A stretch of 63,016 nucleotides of DNA, counting the filler, from Choristocarpus tenellus KU-1152 (Eukaryota > Protista > Phaeophyceae): the NCBI GenBank assembly GCA_964200185.2. It is 12 parts of 12 records of this genome, joined end to end, with 100 filler letters (N's around TTAATTAATTAA, not from the genome) between each part and the next. Parts side by side here need not be neighbours in the genome. Positions count along the whole stretch, not along the records: positions 8,886 to 15,781 come from CAXNAD020007124.1; positions 15,882 to 18,397 come from CAXNAD020027156.1; positions 18,498 to 22,010 come from CAXNAD020019526.1; positions 22,111 to 27,714 come from CAXNAD020010271.1; 8 more parts are not named here. One strand, given 5' to 3'. Every line of letters starts with the position of its first letter. The stretch's first letter is position 1. The notes under the pieces are model-generated. The model had not been told where the DNA came from, did no database searches, and was given only the letters and a program-made list of their open reading frames with translations. This document shows, one piece after another, positions 11,696 through 23,693 of this stretch. A program made the translations under genes and the position numbers.

Positions 11696-14600
11696 ATTCG
11701 GGCGTTTTACAACCCGTCCTCCGGATGGTGGATCACCGATGCGTCTAAGGCTGGGTACAACCTCGTGAGAAGACCAGCCAAAGACAATGTTGCACAGGGG
11801 AAGTCCCATTATATGGCATCCTGTCATGGAATGATCAGTGGGAAGTGGAGTGCCGGCGCTATCACATTTTCTCTCCTCTTTTTGTGCCGGTAGCTAGATG
11901 CTAGGTATTTGCTTCATTTTGCAAACAGACCCTTTTCCTATGGTAGCTAGATGCTAGGTGTTTGCTTCATTTTGCAAACAGACCCTTTTACTATGTTACC
12001 ATTCACACCATTGTTGTATTATTGAAAACATTTCTAACCCCAAACCTCTAGGAAGTGGCACTCATTTTCCATATACACGTTGCTAAGGCCTTCAATATAT
12101 ATATATATATATATCCCGTGCATACCATTTATCCAAACTGCCTTTATCTCAGTAAAGAATGGTATGGTCACGGCTGAATGTAGGTACAACTAGGACGTAG
12201 TTTTGCTATCATGTTGGCCTAGAACCACCCCATTGCCCTGTCTGTCCACAGAAAACTCCTGTACATTCTTATGATGCATATCATCAATTGTTTGAGGGAA
12301 GCAAGGTAATTTATATTGTGGCAGCTGCTGAATTCCTTATGTACTACTGGGAGCTTGTGATAGGTGAAATATGTCAGCACCGTTCTGTTGCAACCAAATC
12401 CCTTCCTGTGCCTGTCCTCATCCCCCCCTCCCTCTGTTGAATATATTCTAGCCCTTGCAAAACATCTCGCAAAGGCAGTTGGAGATGTGGGGTCAAGGGC
12501 GAGGGTGCTGCACTTGGCTCACAGTGGAGGTGCATTACTTACATATCTTGCAGCGAAACATCACCTCAGCAGGAGGTAAGAGTGATACTATTGTATGTCA
12601 TCATCTTTTTCAAGAAAAAATGCATGAGATGAGGAAGACAAGTGTTGTCTCTGTTATATTGTTATATTTCTGTTCTGATTTCTCCTTTCATCGCTCATTG
12701 ATCGCCCGCGATCAAATGTGTGTCATGCAGGCAGATGTCTCAGATCAATGCTGTTACCTTTGGAGGTGCGAGGAGCCTCACTCGGATGTACTTTCCTGGA
12801 CGAGCAGGTGTGAACTTACAAAGTTGCGCGCAAGGATTGTAAGCAGGGTCACGGTTTGGTCGGCTTTCTTGTGTTTCTTAAAAAAAGAAATGAAAAACGT
12901 TACGTTGTCGACATGCTGTCACAATAATCACCACACAATCATACCAACTTGCTGACCTTTCTTTTTTTCACTATATAGTCAGCAACATTGTCTGATTTCT
13001 CGTGTGAACATTGTTGGCCTGCTGTATATTGAAGCCCTCTTTGTACCCCTGGTTTTGTACTTGTGTGTTTTGTTCCTTGCCCACCCTTGCCTTTCAAAGG
13101 ACTTGAACTCGTTTGGTTGTGTTGTACAGTACTCCTGTACTCACTGAGTGCTAGGTCTCTGTGTCTGAAGTCCTTGTGAAGGGAATATATCTACCTTACC
13201 CCGTCAATTCTAATGCAGCTTGTTTGCCGTTCCCTACCCAACCATTGTTGCCAATAGTTAGTCCCTTGTACCTGGCTCACGTGATCATATCTGGTTGTCT
13301 GCAGCCTATGCATCCCAGTTATCTTCTTTCAGCTCATGCAAAGTGTCCATCTAGCAGGCTATACCTAGGGTACAACAGCCCTCCAAGCTACCCAAAGTGT
13401 AATACTAGTGTAAATAGTGCAAGGATTGCTTGTCCCCCAGTCAAGTGTAGTGAAGTAAGGTCACTACATTATCGAATCCATTCAATCAACAAGTCTAGTA
13501 AAGGTCAGTTTGTAATGAGGCAAAACATATACTTGGAAGTATATGTAACGTATATATGTTAGAGAGTTGAGATAGCACCAGTTTTTTTCTTAGTTTTGGT
13601 GCATATGATCATGTCTGATTGTGTCTGATCTAATGCTCACGTATTCTATTTAGACTGCACCATGCGTACCATTATTTGTGCACTCAGTGGATAACTGCAG
13701 TGCAACTTTCATTTCCTTTTTAACCTTGCTTTTCTCAAAAGTCCCTTCCTGCCTAATAAGGTCGAGCACAATATTAACGAGTTGTTCAATGATCGATCGC
13801 TTCTTAGCAGCCCCTCCACCCTCCTTTTTCTCCTCCCCCTTGTCACCTCCTCTTCTGCATTGCTGTCACTGCCAACCAGTGACTATTATGCCAGGAATGA
13901 TCCCCTGGTAATGTTTGATAGGCATGCGGCTGTGGTAATGAAAGGTGCTGACAATGGTGGTTGTCAGGAGGTATGATGAGAGGGATTTTTAATACCCCTT
14001 CCCCCCCCCACCCCCCTGTGGGAGAGAAGGTGATGTTGGGTGGGAAGGTACTTTGAGGCTGCTATGGGTGAGTGAATATTGAAAAGGAAGATACTTTTTT
14101 GTGGGGGGGGGTTGTTTTTAGCTACAACCGGTGCAGTATGCTTCATTTGGACTACAATATACTTTAAGACAGGGGCAAGGTGTGATGGAGTCATTTGGGG
14201 GGAAGCCAACTGATTCCTGCTGAAATGTGGTGAAATCAGCACATCAGTTAACAGAAACGATTCTGGATAGGACTTGCTTAAATTTATGATTGGGGCATGT
14301 ACTATGGGTAAAGAAGAGTGTTGTGCGTTGTGCTTGTAAACTGCCTGTGACTCAACAATAGCATCACTCATTGTAACAGTATGTTATTCTAAGAGAAGCA
14401 GAGACTACTCACTATCTTGCATGGCTTTATGCAAATACGAAAAGGTCCACCCCCACCCCACAACAACTCCATGAAGGCCAACACACACACACATACATAC
14501 ACATGCATGTTCACAAATGATGTTTTTTGTACCTTCTCAGTCATACAACCCCCTGGAGTCATTGCATGTACTGTAGCCTATTTTCACCTTGGAGAAGTTG

Positions 14601-15148
14601 TTGAAAGGATTATAGGTTCCATGCCCTAGAAAGATGTGGAGATTCGAGAAGAATGGGGGCATGATTGAAGGGTCTGAGAGGCATATGGGATCAATAGAGA
14701 AGAAGGCAAGGTGAGGGGGAAGGGGAGGGGAAGGTGGGTTCCTTTTCATCCAACCCCCCAAGATGTGCTCTGGGTTCTTATGCTGAAATGTGGTGGTCTA
14801 AGAGCTCCTAAGGCCACTCCTTCAAACTCAAACACTGGCTATTCCCCCCCCCTCCCCCTCCTCCCGAAGTAACTAAAGATTGTGTACACACATGTTTACA
14901 ACTCTGTTGGGTAAGATGACTTTCTAATATTCTTCCCCCAAAGGTACAACTTCAAAATATGTGCTATTTGTATACCACTCACCCCATCTCACCAAACCGA
15001 ACCAATCCAAACCAACTCTTCGTGCAGATAATGGTAAAGCACAACACCACGCTTGTGTTCCTCGAGGGCAGGGCAAGGCGTCCCCTCCTGGATCACTCCC
15101 TGGGGGGACCGACCGACCTATCAATTGCCCTGCACAGGAAAGTAGCAG
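11696..15148 (+). CDS. Partial spliced gene or pseudogene for an alpha/beta-hydrolase-fold protein (AHSGG nucleophile elbow, DUF687-like). Exons 11696-11798, 12452-12575, 12731-12807, 13880-13970, 15028-15148
   Basis: Joined peptide: IRAFYNPSSGWWITD.../ALAKHL...VLHLAHSGGALLTY.../INAVTFGGARSL.../YYARNDPL.../VFLEGRARRPLLDHSLGGPT, with Ser, Asp and His in catalytic-triad order. AG acceptors and mostly GT donors, but one GG donor and one 1-nt phase conflict. Start and stop exons not identified. Confidence 0.75.
11889..11994. repeat. Direct tandem duplication, 2 x ~53 bp, intronic
   Basis: ggtagctagatgctaggt(a/g)tttgcttcattttgcaaacagaccctttt(c/a)ctatg occurs twice. Confidence 0.95.
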
Positions 15149-16023
15149 GTAGGGATCAATTCCCACTTATTGTATTTCATACATTTTATTTTCTTGCTGA
15201 AGATGGCACAAAATATTCTTAAGAGACAGTACAGAATGAACTGCTGGATGATCCTCAATGGTGTACATGATATAAGCATTAAATAGGGGTAACGTCTAAC
15301 ACACCAAAACAAAAACACGCAAAAAAACCTACAGTACAGTGAAGTGTGCAGGGGTTGAAGGACAACAACAACAACAACAAATACATAATAATAATAAATA
15401 AAATCTAAACTTAATAGAGATTCGCTAGCAAATAATACGGGCTACCTTTTTCGGTTCTATTGGATCGCATCTCGTTGTGAGAAACCCTAACCCTAACCCT
15501 GGAAGGGGCTCTAATAGTGACAGCAATATCGCCTGCAGATGCATCACCCCTTGGGGTACACCTTGCCAGTGCCAACATGTGTCGTGTCACACACGCCTTC
15601 CCCCTTTCTTTCTTAGGTATTGAGAGAGAGTGCACTACTAATACTCGATAAATACTTGTGCATTGATGGGCACGGACAAACCCCCCCCCCCACAAAAAAA
15701 AAGCAACCGAGCAAATTGAAGCTATCGAGCTTCTATGGCAACACTCTATACTCTCTCTTCACTACCTTAGCCTCTCCCCTGNNNNNNNNNNNNNNNNNNN
15801 NNNNNNNNNNNNNNNNNNNNNNNNNTTAATTAATTAANNNNNNNNNNNNNNNNNNNNNNNNNNNNNNNNNNNNNNNNNNNNCCCCCCCATCCGCAGCTCC
15901 AGTATCGCTTCCCTCCCCGCAGTCCATCACAATCCCAACGATGGTTCCCTCCCTTTTACTTCCCTTTTCAAACGGAACGATCTATCCACCGCAGAGAAAT
16001 TTCCGGGAGGTGCAGAAATCGTG

Positions 16024-16029
16024 ACAACT

Positions 16030-16069
<40 letters not shown>

Positions 16070-16087
16070 CTACAACAACTACAACAA
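16024..16087. repeat. (CAA)n microsatellite; (GAA)n at about 16636-16668
   Basis: Read directly from the sequence. Confidence 0.95.
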
Positions 16088-16766
16088 AAAGGTGAAGAGA
16101 AAAAAGAAACTCCAACACCTCTCGATCATATTCATCCAGCACACGTTGCTCGCAAATGAAGGGGACCTTGAGTCACCTCTTTGTCACGGTTCGGTTCACA
16201 CTAGAGCATACACTACCCCCAAGGATTTAAGCAATAAAGGCGCGTACATAAGAGAAGATTTGCTCTCAGTACTCTGCTCTTGTGACCTCACAGACACAAT
16301 GCACCACCCACCCTTGTGGACTACCTGTTGTGGATTGACTACCTGTTGCTACACCGTGAAATACGCCTGACCAATATTGAGGCGGAATAACTTCAACATG
16401 GGTCCGAATAACTTCAAGGGTTAGGGTCCGAGCACGAGAGTCAGGGGAGGAGGCAGAGCGGCAAGCAGTGGGATCGCTGAACACAATGCTCGAGGAGAGA
16501 GGCACGAATGGGGGGCAATACAGTACAATTAGCCGTAGAGCAACAGCTACTTGCAGTGGTTAGTATGAGAAAGTAATGCAGTGTATAGTGCTCCTGACCA
16601 TACGGGTGAGGGTAGTCCCCTCGCTTGAATTGAACAAGAATAAGAAGAAGAAGAAGAAGAAGAAGAATAACAATGAAAACAATTACAAAACCTCATCGAG
16701 ACAAAAATATTGAACCTAATTTCATACATCATAAATCGCAAACCAACGCCCGTCACACACACACAC

Positions 16767-16919
16767 CTCAAGGACGGAGACTTTCTCGGCGTGCCCCTGC
16801 TTTAGCTCCTCCGACACATCTAACAACGCCTTCAGCTTTGCCTCGTGCGACTTCACCAGCATACCTACCGTGCTCAGCCGGTACTGCGAAAGCTCCTCAC
16901 GGACGCCTTCCAAACTGAC
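16767..16919 (-). CDS. Internal exon of an uncharacterised coiled-coil protein
   Basis: ttcag|...gag|gtgtgt boundaries; open peptide VSLEGVREELSQYRLSTVGMLVKSHEAKLKALLDVSEELKQGHAEKVSVLE with GC-rich coding-like composition. Confidence 0.5.
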
Positions 16920-18247
16920 CTGAATGCGTGTGTGTGGGTGTGGGTGTGGTTGTGTGTGTGGGTCAAGGAGCCACAGCGTGCACTGATGATGTAATGCGAC
17001 AATTTTGGCACACAAACTGACCCTATTGGCTGAGATTAAAATATTGAAAGGATGTCTGATCCTATCGCTATAGTACATACACCAATCTTCGTTCCACCTC
17101 CCCCCCCCCCCCCCCCCCCCCCCCCCTTTTCCTTTTTTTTTTTTCCCCCCGCCCCTCCCCCCTCTTCTTTCCCTTCCTATACTTCNNNNNNNNNNATATT
17201 GACGAGAATGACTATAATGAAAATGTTGATCCTCTCTCCGCCCACATCCCCACACCACACATCCCTTCCCCCCCCCCCCCCCCCCCCCCACCCTTTTTTT
17301 ATTCTTTTTTTAAGGCCCTGAGCCTTCCTACGATTCAATCTCTCCCTCAGACGACCCTCGGAATGGTTAGTCAGCGTTGAGTGCGACGGGCTGGGGCATA
17401 CCTGCCCCAACTCCAGTAACAATGGCGGCAGCAACCCCGGAAAAGGCTGAGGAGGGGGAGTGGGATTGGCTGGGTAAGGAACGCTCCAACACACTGGGCT
17501 TCAGATTTTTTTTAACAGAACAGAGGGGAGCAGAATTTTAAATGTGTATAGCGCAAGATTTTAAATTAGTGTCAGAAATCACGACAGTTGGGATTGCCTC
17601 GAGTTCAGTCGAGGCTGAGAAATAGCCGAGATCATCACCGGAAAAAGAACGGTTTCATCAGTTACGTTAAAAAAAAAATGAACTAGATCCTGCGCGGGCT
17701 ATTTTTTAACCCTCACTCAAACAAGAGTCTATCTACAGCTACGGAGTACAATATTAAATCGCTACTACTATTTATTTATTTTTATTTTTATTTTGTTGCG
17801 TGCGTAACTGTAATGTCGTAACCGTAAAATAGAGAGATGTCTCGGCCATTGTAACTGCCATACGTGGTCTCTTGATTGCAGGCACTTGCATACACCCGAC
17901 CCAAACTATTTCTGTGCTCTGCCAAGGAGTTGAAAAGGTCAAATAAATCAAATATGTATCTATACATACATACATATATATATATATATCCTCCCTCTCC
18001 ACAACGAAAACCCCTTCCTTTTCCTTGCCCACACAAAACTCGGCCTTCCTTGAGGAAACACATGAGCACTAGTCTGTCTCCGGATACCGCAGGAGACCAT
18101 GCTTCTGAACGTGGAGGAAGAGCATACAGAAAAGAGTCTACCAAGACAACAAATCCGCGTCCCCACGGGGTCCTTCAGCGACCACGGAGAGCTTTGCCTC
18201 GCAGTGTTACACGACGCACGACTCGTGCACCATAATTTTAACGGAGC

Positions 18248-18284
18248 TAACCCTAACCCTAACCCTAAACCTAACCCTAACCCC
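18248..18284. repeat. Interstitial telomere-like (CCCTAA)n tract; shorter tracts at about 15483, 23114, 23281, 27133 and 34017
   Basis: ctaaccctaaccctaaccctaaacctaaccctaacccc. Confidence 0.85.
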
Positions 18285-19819
18285 AACTCTTTTTTATTCG
18301 GTCCAATTTAATTGAAAAAAAAAGCAAATTCATTCAGTTCCTTTTTTTTTATCACAAACAAAATTATGATGAGAGCGCTCTCAAGCCCAGGGGGGAGNNN
18401 NNNNNNNNNNNNNNNNNNNNNNNNNNNNNNNNNNNNNNNNNTTAATTAATTAANNNNNNNNNNNNNNNNNNNNNNNNNNNNNNNNNNNNNNNNNNNNCCT
18501 TTCGCCACTGATTTCTGGTCTCTACCACCCCTTTCAACCCTATTCAACCCCACTCACCCCCACTCAACACCACTCCACAATCATCCAAGAACCCCCCTTC
18601 ATCATTCCCTTCATACCGTGCCTTTGAGCTAGAAGACATCTACCCCGCCCAAACTTGACCTCCCCTCTCACCCTAAGATCCAAGTTAGTCGTGAGCCAGT
18701 GACAGGGCGGGAGGGCGGGAAAGCTTGCTCGGGGTTCCTCTTGATCTAGCCCTCCTCGTCTTGTCACCCCAGCCTTAGGTTTCCTCTTCGATTCAATACT
18801 GTCCATTCCTTCTCCCCTTGTGCCTCTGCCTACCACCTATTTTCTTAACCACTCTCCTCCCTTTCCCAACCACTCAATCTTTAACTCTTTGTACCCTCCT
18901 TGATAATATTTTTTTCTTTCCTGTCCCCTTCCTTCCCCTGTGCCCCCAACCAACCAGAATTCTTTCGGCTACAAAACTCAGAGTACCTCATAAACTTTCC
19001 CTTGAGACAAACAAATAGAAAGAAATACGCAAGGAAAAAAAATGAGAAAAAGAAAGAAAGAACTACTTGCTCTAACAAAGAGAACTCAATGTACTGTTAA
19101 TAAAACCCAATAATCTGGATAGGAAGTCATTAGTGTTGTCACACGTCGCCAGATCCTATCAGATAATGAGAAAAGAGGGCGGACTGTATAACCAAGGCAT
19201 CGGCAATTTACTTTGTTGAGTTGAGTAGGACCAGACAGGAAATGAGTGCAAGAAATGAAAGGAGGACAGGTATTAGTAACACCATGTCTTTATATAGCCA
19301 GTGTGCACAGGAGGCGGCTATCCAGGCTGTTGTCACGCTCGCTAAAATGGTATTTTTGAATAACTAGAGTATTATTAGTGTCCGGAGCAGATAGTTACGC
19401 CTACTCACTAAAAACGTGTTTTTGTATGGTGTCAAGCGCATAAATAACAGGGGCGTTAAATTCTTTACAGAATGGGGCTTTGACTGAGTTGAGAATTATG
19501 GTAGGTAAAATACTTTTTTGATCCAGCCGATTTATCCCTAAATCTACATCAATCCAACCAATTTACGCAAAACCTGTAAGAGGTCACCTATAATATTGAT
19601 AGCGATTCATGTACGAGGTAGTACTATTTAACCTTAACCCTAAATAGTGTAGTTGGAATAGTTCACAAGGCACCAACTGTTGATCAACTTAATTATATTA
19701 TTATGCCCTCTGACATTTTCCAGATGTGTCAGGGGGGAAACAAATGAAAACTATACTTATGTCAATATAAGCCCCAAATAAAAGAAATATCATAAATATG
19801 AAAAACACTTATCTATTTG

Positions 19820-20160
19820 TTACTTCACCACTATCAATGTTGTACTACTGCCTTCCTGTGCCTCCAAACTACCTACTCCTGCACCTCAGGGGGAGGAGCT
19901 AGGGAGGCATCCCAAGAATCTAATAAACCCCTCCGTACCCATCTCCCTGGTGACTCTAGCTTAAAACGCATGACACGTCTAGATGGAAACACTTTGCGTA
20001 GTCACCGAAACAATTTGGCGTAGCCGGGATTTGACTACTCCTTTCCTCCTAAATCGTCCGGTTCCTCTCCCCCCCACCATGTGAGTAGCCAGCTCATCTA
20101 GGAAGCATTCCGCTTGCTTGCCGAGGCGCCCAAAACTTTCCACCGCGAAGGTGTTGAGGT
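19820..20160 (-). mobile_element. 5'-truncated CRE-like (restriction-like endonuclease) non-LTR retrotransposon 3' end
   Basis: Translation LNTFAVESFGRLGKQAECFLDELATHMVGG...GVVKSRLRQIVSVTTQ matches the RLE C-terminal motif (AVEsFGrLG..A..FL..LA...LSV..Q). Confidence 0.75.
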
Positions 20161-20253
20161 TTTGGTCAATTAATATATGTGTAGTTCCATAACATCAACC
20201 TATTAACTTCCCGATTCCGCCAATCAACTGAATTGAATTGTATACTGTATTTA

Positions 20254-20574
20254 TGCCCTCTAACACTATCCAGATGTGTGGGGAAAAAAACTAAACTATT
20301 CCACAAAAGGACTGAACAGAAAATATTTTATCCATTATTTTGTCATATAACATTTTACAGATGTATCAGGGAAAAGTCAAACCAATATCACAAGGACCCC
20401 TGAAAAAGAGGAGTGGTGTAACATAGCTGGTGGTGAAACAGTAAATACTCCGGTAGAAGATAAAAGCATGTCTTTCACATTTCCGATAACTATTACTTTT
20501 TCAGGGGTTATTCCGTTATTTAATTGACTTTTCATTGGTTTTCCCCTGACACATCTGGAAAATGTCAAAGGGCA
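20254..20574. mobile_element. MITE family G (TA-flanked, Tc1/mariner type); single ends at about 19703-19780 and 27449-27515
   Basis: TA|TGCCCTCT...CCAGATGTGT and ACACATCTGG...AAGGGCA|TA inverted ends. The end is itself a hairpin (ccctctgaca...tgtcagaggg, clearest at 27452-27482). Confidence 0.75.
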
Positions 20575-20989
20575 TAGAAATATAGAAAAGTAAAAGTTCT
20601 CGTAAATATGAAAGAAATACAGGAACATCCAAATTTACAAAAATATACAAAGCCATACGACGTAATGATACTTACCACTAAGGGTGATACAACAATTTAT
20701 TCCTAGTTATTTTATATAGTCGTTTCTTATCTATACACATACCCATAATGCCCACAAAATTAACACGAACCTTATCATGTACACTAGAATATACTGAGAA
20801 ACTACGTTTACTATTCGTAAGTGTATCTTATGTACTAGTACGTATCATTATGTCTAAAATAAATTCCAGAGACGTTAAGGTGGAGGGAACAAGAGAGGGG
20901 AAAAAAGTGAAGAATACAACATAATAACAACAGCAACAGTCTGTATTGCTTACAGGAAAGTCTTCCCGATACACCAAGAAGTACTTGTC

Positions 20990-21215
20990 AAATAGCGATG
21001 TCACTGTTGCTAGAGCTGAGGTCCGAAAGTGTACCACCCACTACGACAATTTTTTCTTGACCCACTCTTATTCTTAGCTTCAACACCTTCGATTCGTGGT
21101 GGCAACCTTCTGGCGCCTAGGCATATAAAGCAATTCCTAGGTGAGGTGGCGACTCTTGCAGTGGGTGGTAAGGGGGCAGGGGCTTTAGAAGGAAAGGAGT
21201 GATGAAGGCTTTGCA
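20990..21215 (+). mobile_element. Second, more decayed CRE-like RLE fragment
   Basis: With frameshifts: ARAEVRK..HY...FNTF...IKQFLGEVATLAVGGKG...FRRKGVMK, collinear with 19960-20160. Confidence 0.6.
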
Positions 21216-22734
21216 CTCTGAGTGAGTATGAAACAGATTACGAATAACGTATATTGGAAACGACAACCCTTATTATTGTTGCTGTAGAAGTTCTTGTAGT
21301 TTTCTACTCTACCTGTTTTCGTCTTGTTGATCCTCCCCTCGCTCATGTATCTGCAAAATTTCGGTGGGATAATATATTATATCCTCCGTCAGAGTACATG
21401 TGGGTATATTTATGTACATAAGTACGCCGGATCACAGCAACAACATATATTCCTTAATTTAACCAACGGGGGGAGCACACGAGATTCAACCGTCCCCTAA
21501 TAACATTAAATTTTTTATCTGTGTCAAAAGCATCATAATCTATTTATCCACACATTCGAGTAGGTCAAGCAATTACTAAACCGCGTCCAACGTGCGAGGA
21601 TCCATTTTCAACAGCTTGGCGAAGGGGATTTAGGACATTGCTGAGGCTCTCTCACCTTTGAGGCCACACTTCAGGAATTCGCCCTCTTTTTTCTGGGCCT
21701 GATCAAGTCATCGTTCCTAAGTGATGCTAGTTGTTTTGGTGGTTACAAGTGTTTGTTTGCTTCACGCTTACATCCAACCCTTTTCTCGCTTACAACTGTA
21801 GCTGGAGATCTTCCCTACTTACATATCAGGTGAACAAATGGTTCGAATATCGGACCTCTAGACTGTCGTTTCGTCCTTCGAACTATCCCCTCTCCAACTA
21901 ACTGCAGAAGATCACCCACTTCAATGCCCATCAACAACACATATAACAGAGGATTTTCAAAATTGGGGATGGAGCGGGACTACGAGGATGGTTGTTTTGC
22001 GAAAACGGTCNNNNNNNNNNNNNNNNNNNNNNNNNNNNNNNNNNNNNNNNNNNNTTAATTAATTAANNNNNNNNNNNNNNNNNNNNNNNNNNNNNNNNNN
22101 NNNNNNNNNNGTGGAGGGGGGGATGGGGTGGAAACTATAGGAGCCAAAAAAGGGTCAGAGGGCAAGGGTGCAGAGGCAGTCTACCGTGGGTATGATATAC
22201 AACTACGACGTATAAATCATTTTCATGAGGTTGCAATGTATTCTTGAGGAAATGGGGAAGGACTGAAGTAGCCTTATCCATCTCAATCAATTGGAGGTGT
22301 AGGCACAAGCTTAGACTGGCCAGACGATCCCCATTTTTTGTTTGATTCAATAACCCACAGGCATTCCCTTCTCTTCTATTTTTTTCCCTACATTCTTAGA
22401 ATGTGTCCTCCATATTAAACACAACTTGAAAAGATCAGCAAGGGGGGGGAGGAGAGGCTTGTGGGACAGCAATGTACAGCTTGTTCTGTCTTTGCAGCAG
22501 AATGTACACCACAAACATATCCGGTTCAGCAATAGTGATATAGGCACTGTGTTCTCAAAGGTTCAAGGACTGGGGGTGGGGGGATCAGAAAAATAGGGCT
22601 AGGGTCAGGTATGGCTTATGTACTAGTGTCTTCAAAAGATCACAGCATGTATTCGTTAATTAAATAAATGCTCAAACCATACCATGTCCCCGACCATATT
22701 TTCATCCCAAGATACAGATCCGGCATGAAGGTAC

Positions 22735-22893
22735 GTTCAGAATATTCCCTATGTTCAGAATATTCCCTAGTCCAGAATATTCCCTATGTTCAGAATATTC
22801 CCTAGTCCAGAATATTCCCTATGTCCAGAATATTCCCTATGTTCAGAATATTTCCTATGTTCAGAATATTCCCTATGTCCAGAATATTCCCTA
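22735..22893. repeat. Minisatellite, 9 copies of a 17-18 bp unit, gt(t/c)cagaatattcccta(t)
   Basis: Counted directly; palindromic GAATATTC core; no spacers. Confidence 0.97.
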
Positions 22894-23693
22894 ATAATAG
22901 GATCAAGTGTCACATAATCTGAGTTCAAACCATCTACCAATCTTTGAAGTTCAACCTACCTCACCCCCACACTCCATCCCCATTGCCTTAACATCAGCAG
23001 AGTGCTAGCCCACACATTTCTTAGTCTAATCCTATGGAACGCTACCCAAGGATTGAGACTATACTGCGGAAGCAAGAAGCGCCTTGTGTTTCAAAGCTCG
23101 CCGTTTGGCCTCAACCTAACCCTATCCCACTATCCCTAACCACAGAGGAAACAAATACCTCCTCTCAATTTTGCATTGCTTTCGTGACATACATGTTTCT
23201 ACTTCACCGAAAACACTAGGGCTTACCTGTGTTATTCACTTGTGGAATTGGTTCATCGAGATAGACAACTTTTGCTGTTTAACCTAACCCTAAACCTGAG
23301 ATCCTCTATTGCATCATGAGGATAGCCATTGAATATCTGCTAAAAAAGTATCTCATCATGCCCCATTTTGAGGTTTCCAGGGGGGAGGGGTTGGCTGGGG
23401 ATGAGGTCCTGCCGGGCCCAGTGTTGAGTAGTCATTCGATTGGAATATAGTCTGCAATTACAGTTGGTATACAGGTATCAAATAGTTGAGGGAAGGCGGG
23501 TTCACTGCTTACCCCCCCTTCTGTCACGATAGTGCATGCATCATCCAAAGAGGAAACTTCCTGTGTGTTGGAAGGATTTTGCTTCAAATAATCTTGTTCA
23601 CCTCATAGCAACCACACCAACAAATATAGCATATTCTACCACTGTAGAGTAACAAATCAGCAGTATACAACCATAATCCTTTGTGATGCTCAC

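Noticed and set aside
18248-18284. True telomere
   Set aside because: Only about six imperfect units, with unique sequence on both sides.
22735-22893. CRISPR-like array
   Set aside because: Units are contiguous with no unique spacers, there are no cas genes, and the context is eukaryotic.
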